This document shows, one piece after another, positions 58,192-64,000 of a DNA stretch of 64,000 nucleotides. This DNA is from Limisphaerales bacterium (GTDB lineage: Bacteria > Verrucomicrobiota > Verrucomicrobiia > Limisphaerales > JACDHS01). The position numbers and the translations under genes were made by a program. The DNA is taken from contig JBKJKE010000038.1 in assembly GCA_046597605.1 (NCBI GenBank), positions 75,703 to 139,702 of the forward strand, read 5' to 3'. The notes under the pieces are model-generated. The model saw only the letters and a program-made list of their open reading frames with translations, had not been told where the DNA came from and made no database searches. Each line of letters begins with the position of its first letter. The first letter of the stretch is position 1.

Positions 58192-59118
58192 TTAGTGCGT
58201 CAAAACGTGACGGAGATAGAGATACATGAGCGGCGCATTGAAGAGCAAACTATCAAGCAGATCCAGGATGCCGCCAATTCCCGGAAAGAAACTGCCCGAA
58301 TCTTTCACCCCAGCCTCGCGTTTAAAGATCGATTCAATCAGATCACCGATCACGGCAGACACACTCATCACCACCCCCAGAATCGCAGCATGATACCAAG
58401 TCATCCCAAACAACCTGTCGCCCGCCAAATGTGCAAATCCGACGCTCACACATGTAGAAATCACGATCGCTCCGCCAAAGCCTTCCCACGTCTTACCCGG
58501 GCTGACGCGTGGAATCATCTTGTGCTTACCGATCAAGGAACCGGTTACATAAGCACCGACATCGCTAAACTTTGTCACGAGGATGAAATAGAGAACATAC
58601 CAATTACCCTGCACGTCCACGCCTCTGACATCCGGGAAGTAATTGATCTTCTGGATGAAATTCAAAAGCCACGGCACATACATCAAACCGAACAGGGTGG
58701 TGGAGATGGCAAGAATTCCGCCGGTGTTGCTTTTGGAAACAAATTGCCGAACACAAAGACCAAGAACGAACAAGATAAGAAAACTGGTTTCGAAATCATT
58801 TACCCGCGATGGCACATCCGATATCCCAAGATGGTCTTGAAAGTGGGCGAACGTGCCGATCATCAGCAATAATCCGCCAAGCAATCCACACCATTTGAAA
58901 CAGAAGAAATTTTTCTTTTCGACCAACCCGTAGAATTCCCGCAAGCCCACTCCCGCCAGCAACAGCATTGAAAGCAGGAACAGGTAATCGGAGATGGTTC
59001 TGTTTCCGAAGAAAAGTCCCCCGAGCACAATCGCCCATAGCACCACCGTGCTGGAAAGGCGTTTGACGAAGATTTGCGCTTTGCTTGGAGCCGGTGCGGA
59101 TGAGATTGGTGCAGCCAT
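58192..59118 (-). CDS. cdsA: phosphatidate cytidylyltransferase
   Basis: Polytopic membrane protein, 308 aa. The C-terminal region with GDLIESIFKR-like signature is typical of CdsA. Zero-gap junction with dxr. Confidence 0.85.
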   Translation of the reverse strand: MAAPISSAPAPSKAQIFVKRLSSTVVLWAIVLGGLFFGNRTISDYLFLLSMLLLAGVGLREFYGLVEKKNFFCFKWCGLLGGLLLMIGTFAHFQDHLGISDVPSRVNDFETSFLILFVLGLCVRQFVSKSNTGGILAISTTLFGLMYVPWLLNFIQKINYFPDVRGVDVQGNWYVLYFILVTKFSDVGAYVTGSLIGKHKMIPRVSPGKTWEGFGGAIVISTCVSVGFAHLAGDRLFGMTWYHAAILGVVMSVSAVIGDLIESIFKREAGVKDSGSFFPGIGGILDLLDSLLFNAPLMYLYLRHVLTH

Positions 59119-59135
59119 TTAGTTCAGGAGAAGGT

Positions 59136-60170
59136 TCACTTCTTTTTGAACGGTTTCAATGCCTGCGCAGTGACCGGGATCTTTTTGAACTTCTTCGTGA
59201 GATCCACGAGCGATTGCTCGACACCCAAACGTTCCAGGCTGGAAGCGCCGACAAAGCCAACGCAGTCCGTATGCTCGTTGATATAGGCAGCATCTTCTGG
59301 TGTCGCGATTGGCCCCCCGTGCGAAAGGAAGATCACATCTTTGCGCACCTTCTTGGCTCCATCGATAATGGACTGAGTCCGTTTCACAGCGTCGTCCATC
59401 GTGCAAACCGCTCCTGTGACTCCGATGGAACCACCAACCGTGGTACCAACATGAGCGATGATACAATCCGCTCCCGCCTCTGCCATCGATTTCGCTTCGT
59501 CCGGCGTCGCCACATAGACACAGGTGAATAGATCCATCTTGCGGGCAATCGCCACCATCTCGAATTCCTTCTTCACGCTCATTCCGGTTTCTTCCAACAC
59601 CTGCCGGAATTGCCCATCAACAATTGTGTGGGTCGGAAAATTGTTTACTCCGCTGAAACCCATGTCTTTCACCTTGAGCAACCAATGCCACATGCGACGA
59701 CGCGGATCCGTGGCATGCACACCACATATCACCGGCACTTCTTCCACGATGGGCAACACTTCATGCTCGCCGATTTCCATGGCGATGGCGTTGGCATCTC
59801 CATAAGCCATCAAGCCGCAGGTGGAGCCATGTCCCGCCATGCGGAAGCGCCCGGAATTATAAATGATAACCAGGTCCGCTCCGCCTTTTTCGATAAATTT
59901 GGCGGAAATTCCTGTGCCGGCGCCGGCGGCGATGATGGGCTGTCCCTTTTTTAAAGTGGCGCGCAAGCGTTCGACAACTTCCTTGCGGGTGTAAGGATTA
60001 CCTTTTCCGGTCCATGGATTTGGCATAAGCGATTTTCGGATTCCGTTTCGAAACAGATTTGAAAGGGGCGATGCGCAAACCGCAATGAGAATTTTCGATG
60101 AAGGCGATCTGGAACGGCTCATCCTAACACGGAACCATGCAGATGAAAAGAATGGAAACCACAGATGCAC
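59136..60170 (-). CDS. PEP-hydrolase-like TIM-barrel protein (PF09370-like 'TIM-barrel signal transduction' family)
   Basis: IAAGAGTGISAKFIEKGGADLVIIYNSGRFRMAG and HVGTTVGGSIG blocks match this family. The start is uncertain (possibly internal MPNPWTGKG). Confidence 0.6.
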   Translation of the reverse strand: MHLWFPFFSSAWFRVRMSRSRSPSSKILIAVCASPLSNLFRNGIRKSLMPNPWTGKGNPYTRKEVVERLRATLKKGQPIIAAGAGTGISAKFIEKGGADLVIIYNSGRFRMAGHGSTCGLMAYGDANAIAMEIGEHEVLPIVEEVPVICGVHATDPRRRMWHWLLKVKDMGFSGVNNFPTHTIVDGQFRQVLEETGMSVKKEFEMVAIARKMDLFTCVYVATPDEAKSMAEAGADCIIAHVGTTVGGSIGVTGAVCTMDDAVKRTQSIIDGAKKVRKDVIFLSHGGPIATPEDAAYINEHTDCVGFVGASSLERLGVEQSLVDLTKKFKKIPVTAQALKPFKKK

Positions 60171-60323
60171 TCAGATGAACACCGATGGAACCAGCAGAAA
60201 AACGTAGTCTTAGCAGCGTCACTCTTTGATGCAGCCTTTCGCTCAGTGAAGTTTATCCTTTCGGCCCTTATCTGTGTAAAGCTGTCTATCGGTGGTTTCT
60301 TTACTGCATCCTTTCGGCTAAGC

Positions 60324-60716
60324 CTAGCGGCGGGGCGTTTCATTTGTCACCGCGAAGGCACTCGCGCGCTCCGGATCAATTGGCCGGATCTCGTAAAGCA
60401 AACCATATTTCAGACAAGGGTTGCCGCTGGCGATCTTCGCCGCCTCATCGAGATTCCCGGCCAGAATGAACCAGTAGCCTCCGACAATTTCCTTTGATTC
60501 TCCATAAGGACCATCGGTAGCCGCCTTGTTCCGGGAAACTGTTTTGCCGTCGCACCCCAGGCGCTGGCCGGTCTTCATTTTACCCTCCTGGATCATGAGA
60601 TTGAGCCAGACATAGAACTCATCGATAGCTTTCTGGATGTCTTCCGCCGATGCGGTTGGGTCCCATTTGCCACGGGAGAGGACAAGGTATTCAGAGGTAG
60701 TTGTTGTTTCGTTCAT
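60324..60716 (-). CDS. YciI-like (YCII-related domain) protein
   Basis: 130 aa. ATDGPYGESKEIVGGYWFILAGNLDEAAKIASGNP matches the YCII dimeric alpha/beta-barrel domain. Confidence 0.65.
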   Translation of the reverse strand: MNETTTTSEYLVLSRGKWDPTASAEDIQKAIDEFYVWLNLMIQEGKMKTGQRLGCDGKTVSRNKAATDGPYGESKEIVGGYWFILAGNLDEAAKIASGNPCLKYGLLYEIRPIDPERASAFAVTNETPRR

Positions 60717-60871
60717 GGCTTGGTTCTACAGGGTAATTCTTCCCGGACGCAACACTTCCATTTATCGATGTAACTACACTCGAAACTCCTCCAGTTGGCC
60801 AAACTCTATTGCGTTAAAGTTGACAACGCCTCTTCGACTGCCACGAACAAAATCCCTTCCTGCCCACCTGG

Positions 60872-63310
60872 TTATTTCAATCGAAAGATCGTCAGAGAAA
60901 CGCTCGGAGCGGTCGTGCCATAGCCGGTCGGCACCAACTCCGTTTTTCCGCTGGTATCCCGGGCCGCCAGCTGCACCACGTCGTTCGATTGAAGGCTGGC
61001 AATGAAGGTCTTCGACAAGGGCAAAATCGAGGTGAAGTTATTGGTGCTGATAAAAGTCATCGAAGCTTCGGATCCGGGGCGTTCGATGTTGTTGACGGTG
61101 ATTATGGATGAAAACGAGGTGGAACCGGAACTAAACAAGTTCAGACCGACCAGGCTGCAATCATATTGGACGACATAAATACCCGTTTGCTTGCAGGTGT
61201 AGCTGTCGCCATTGGCAGAACGTGTCCAACCGTTTACTTGCGAAGGTGAATTGAACTTCACGGCCTGGAAAGTATTCGTCTGCCTCTGCGTGGTGGTGTC
61301 GTAGACATAGAGGTAGTTACCGGCTGTCGGAAGGTTGGTCAGGCCTCCACCGTCGCCGCTGAATGTTCCCGAAGTAACAGTCAGGTTTGTCGCCGTCCCA
61401 TTCAGATTGGAGAGCTGACGGTTGGTGGCCGAGGTGACCGCAGTATTTACGTAAGTTAGCGTGGCGAAAGAACTGGTCGCAGCAGTCACATAATCGGTAG
61501 TGGCCAGGTTAGACGGGAGATTACTGAGAGGAATGGTGCCGACGAGATTAGAGACATTGAGGTTGGTGAGATACGCGCCATTGCCGATGATCGGAGTCGA
61601 AATGGCCAGGGTCGTTGCATAGTTGGTGAATCCCACGGAGCTGGAATTCGTAAACACAACGACGGAGTTGCCCTGCGAAGCGCTGCACGCTACATCGAGG
61701 CTCGCGTCATTGTTGAAAGATGCCAGAGTCAAAAACGGGCGACCGTTACCCGATGGAAGTGTGAAAGCCTGGGCAAATCCACCGGACCCGTTGTTGGTCA
61801 GGACCGTGATGTAGGCGCGATCCGGAGTGCTGGGTGGGAATGGTGAGCCCTGCTTGAATGCCCCGCATACAATATCCAGTTTGGCGTCGCCGTTCACATC
61901 CCCCACCGAAACGGAAACAGGCAAATTTGTCAGGACAAGCGAACCGCTGCTGATGAAAGTGGCATTGCCAGCATTGGTGAGAACAACAATTGCCGAGTCA
62001 TATTGGTTCGCCACCAGGAGGTCTACTTTCCCATCGTTACTGACATCCGCCGCCGCAATACTGCAGGGCCCCGAGCCAACGGCCATTGTTCCGACTACAA
62101 TGAATTTACCCGACCCATTGTTTGTAACGATCGTAATGGTGTTTCCCTGCGAATCGGCGGAGATCAGATCGATCCTGGAATCATTATTAATATCAGCCGC
62201 AACGACGAAGTTGGGAACAACACCGACCGGGACATTCGTCGAAATAACAAAAACTCCCGAAGGGCTATTAGTGAGAACGGACAACGTATTATCGCCACCA
62301 TTGGGTGTGACGATATCCATCCGGCCGTCATTGTTAAAATCGCCGGAGGCAAGCGCGTTCGGATAGTTACCCACGGATGCCTGGCTGGATGCGGTGAAGC
62401 TGCCGCTGCCATTGTTCAAAAAGACTTCAATGTTATTGGCACCCTGGTTGGCGGCGACGAGATCCGCCACGCCATCATTATTGACGTCGACCGCCACCAC
62501 TGAGTAGGGAGAAGGATTGTCACCAAAAGAATCATAGGAGACAGAGGTGGCAAAGGTTCCATTGCCGTTATTGAGAATGACCGACAAGGATCCACCGCTG
62601 ATGTTCGCAGTTACCAGATCTCTCTTGCCGTCGGCATTCAGATCGGCGGATGCAAGCCAGTTAGGATTGAAACCCACTCCGATAACCGCGTTAGTAGTGA
62701 GGCCAAAACCGCCCGAAACACTGGCTGTTTGGTTGGAGATGAGAGTGAACGTTCCGGTCGGGCCTACGGAAGAAAGATTGATATTGGTTAGTCCCCCGCC
62801 ATTGCCGAAATAGCTTCCCATGAACGAATTAAACGCATTCGTCAGATTGATGGTTCCCGAATAAGAGCCGGAAAGAACCGAGGGAGGAAGCGTTCCATAC
62901 AGTTGCCCCGCAGAAATCGGACCGGTCACATTACCAGCGTTGTTGGCGAAGAGTGCGTATGGGGTGGCTCGTATTTGCTGACGCGGAGCAAGCGTGGTGA
63001 ATGCCCCACCATTCTTTTGCACTCGCATTTCCAACCAGAGCGGACTGCCATCGAAAACGTTGCCGAAATCCAATGCGACATTGAACAAACCGCTGTTGAC
63101 GTTCACGACGGCATTGGTCTGGCTACCTAGCAACGTGCCGGCGGTGGAAGCAGAATAAAGATCAAAGACGATGCCGTAATTGGTCCCGGTGGCCGGCACT
63201 CCTGCATCATCGAGTTGCCCCTGGTAGGTAAACGTTGCCTGTCCGTAGAGGTTCAAAGAGAAGACAGTAAGGATCAGCCCCGCCCAGAAGGATAACGATT
63301 TGATTTTCAT
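60872..63310 (-). CDS. large secreted FG-GAP/VCBS-repeat (integrin-alpha-like beta-propeller) protein
   Basis: Signal peptide MKIKSLSFWAGLILTVFSLNLYGQA. Multiple D-x-N-x-D-G-x-x-D-L/I-V calcium-binding FG-GAP units (DLNADGKRDLVTAN, DVNNDGVADLVAAN, DFNNDGRMDIVTPN, DINNDSRIDLISAD, DVSNDGKVDLLVAN, DVNGDAKLDIVCGA). Confidence 0.8.
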   Translation of the reverse strand: MKIKSLSFWAGLILTVFSLNLYGQATFTYQGQLDDAGVPATGTNYGIVFDLYSASTAGTLLGSQTNAVVNVNSGLFNVALDFGNVFDGSPLWLEMRVQKNGGAFTTLAPRQQIRATPYALFANNAGNVTGPISAGQLYGTLPPSVLSGSYSGTINLTNAFNSFMGSYFGNGGGLTNINLSSVGPTGTFTLISNQTASVSGGFGLTTNAVIGVGFNPNWLASADLNADGKRDLVTANISGGSLSVILNNGNGTFATSVSYDSFGDNPSPYSVVAVDVNNDGVADLVAANQGANNIEVFLNNGSGSFTASSQASVGNYPNALASGDFNNDGRMDIVTPNGGDNTLSVLTNSPSGVFVISTNVPVGVVPNFVVAADINNDSRIDLISADSQGNTITIVTNNGSGKFIVVGTMAVGSGPCSIAAADVSNDGKVDLLVANQYDSAIVVLTNAGNATFISSGSLVLTNLPVSVSVGDVNGDAKLDIVCGAFKQGSPFPPSTPDRAYITVLTNNGSGGFAQAFTLPSGNGRPFLTLASFNNDASLDVACSASQGNSVVVFTNSSSVGFTNYATTLAISTPIIGNGAYLTNLNVSNLVGTIPLSNLPSNLATTDYVTAATSSFATLTYVNTAVTSATNRQLSNLNGTATNLTVTSGTFSGDGGGLTNLPTAGNYLYVYDTTTQRQTNTFQAVKFNSPSQVNGWTRSANGDSYTCKQTGIYVVQYDCSLVGLNLFSSGSTSFSSIITVNNIERPGSEASMTFISTNNFTSILPLSKTFIASLQSNDVVQLAARDTSGKTELVPTGYGTTAPSVSLTIFRLK

Positions 63311-63652
63311 TCAGTATTTCACGCCCCCGTGGCGTTGGTTGTTCGATTGTTTGTAGGCCGAACCCAAAAGATGCCCTTTTCTTATGTTCGCGAGCTGATG
63401 CTGGCAGGACATCGGGGAGAAATTGGTCGGCGCGGGACGTTAACAGGGAAACGGCCACTGACAAGAAAGCGTTTGGTCGTTTCCCCCGTAGCCACGGTGG
63501 TTACACCGTGGGCTGACTATTTCCCCTGCCCACTCATCCACTCTTGTCCGAAAGCAAAGTTAGCCCACCGGTTTCACCACCGCGGCTACGAAACTATGAG
63601 CCCCGTAGCTACGCGGATGATTCTCTTGTTTACCAGGACACTTGAGTCGATC

Positions 63653-64000
63653 TCAAGCGCCCTTGCCTCGTACGGCCGCCTCAATGGTAGCAACATCGAT
63701 CTTTTCCATTTCCAACATTGCTTCAAATGCGCGTTTGGCCACATCCCCGCCTTTTGCCATTGCCTCGAGCAGAATGCGCGGCGTGATCTGCCATGACAGA
63801 CCCCATTTGTCCTTGCACCAACCGCAAGCGCTCTCTTCCCCGCCGTTGCCGACGATCGCGTTCCAGTAACGGTCAGTTTCCGCCTGATCGTCGGTGGAAA
63901 TCTGAAACGAGAATGCCTCGCTATGCTTAAAAAGATCTCCGCCATTCAGTCCAATGCACGGCACTCCGCAGACGGTGAACTCAACGACCAGGACGTCGCC
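63653..64000 (-). CDS. PhnB-like / 3-demethylubiquinone-9 3-methyltransferase-domain (VOC superfamily) protein, N-terminus beyond window
   Basis: CGWCKDKWGLSWQITP is the signature block of PF06983-type proteins. The ORF runs off the 3' edge of the window. Confidence 0.55.
   Translation of the reverse strand, partial: GDVLVVEFTVCGVPCIGLNGGDLFKHSEAFSFQISTDDQAETDRYWNAIVGNGGEESACGWCKDKWGLSWQITPRILLEAMAKGGDVAKRAFEAMLEMEKIDVATIEAAVRGKGA

Overview
This 64-kb window looks like chromosomal DNA from a PVC-superphylum bacterium (Verrucomicrobia/Planctomycetes-like). That assignment is an inference from gene content: two tandem formylglycine-type sulfatases, a large 'membrane-bound dehydrogenase + HEAT + CxxCH heme-binding' protein of the Pirellula/Verrucomicrobium type, a histone-H1-like Lys/Ala-rich protein, and many large secreted repeat proteins. 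It is gene-dense and mostly housekeeping: tyrS, rpoD, acnA, dxr-cdsA, nadK, tlyA, an rsmB-like gene, two M16 peptidases, pilT/pilT2, an ABC exporter, two sulfatases and a LacI regulator. Mixed in are accessory-looking blocks.

The most unusual content, in order of interest:
1. A co-directional, tightly packed module at 30.9-39.5 kb: a 725-aa membrane-anchored flotillin/SPFH protein with a long coiled coil, an 1814-aa protein whose only recognisable domain is a single AAA_5 (MoxR/dynein/McrB-type) ATPase embedded in more than 1200 residues of helical sequence, and a 268-aa helical partner. This is my best candidate for an undescribed system.
2. An intergenic array of eight phased 41-bp tandem repeats at 22436-22775. 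Each unit carries the 14-bp palindrome CTGTTCCAGAACAG.
3. A 276-bp MITE-like element with 45-bp terminal inverted repeats at 1657-1932, wedged between convergent genes.
4. A glycan-biosynthesis operon with a GT4 glycosyltransferase, an epimerase and three tandem CgeB-like paralogs. One paralog is an internally deleted 199-aa version. A small Ser/Thr-rich ORF is translationally coupled inside the operon.
5. A second, unrelated 3 x 41-bp direct-repeat block with embedded hairpins at 40.1-40.3 kb.

All domain calls rest on motifs read by eye from the translations. No database searches were run.
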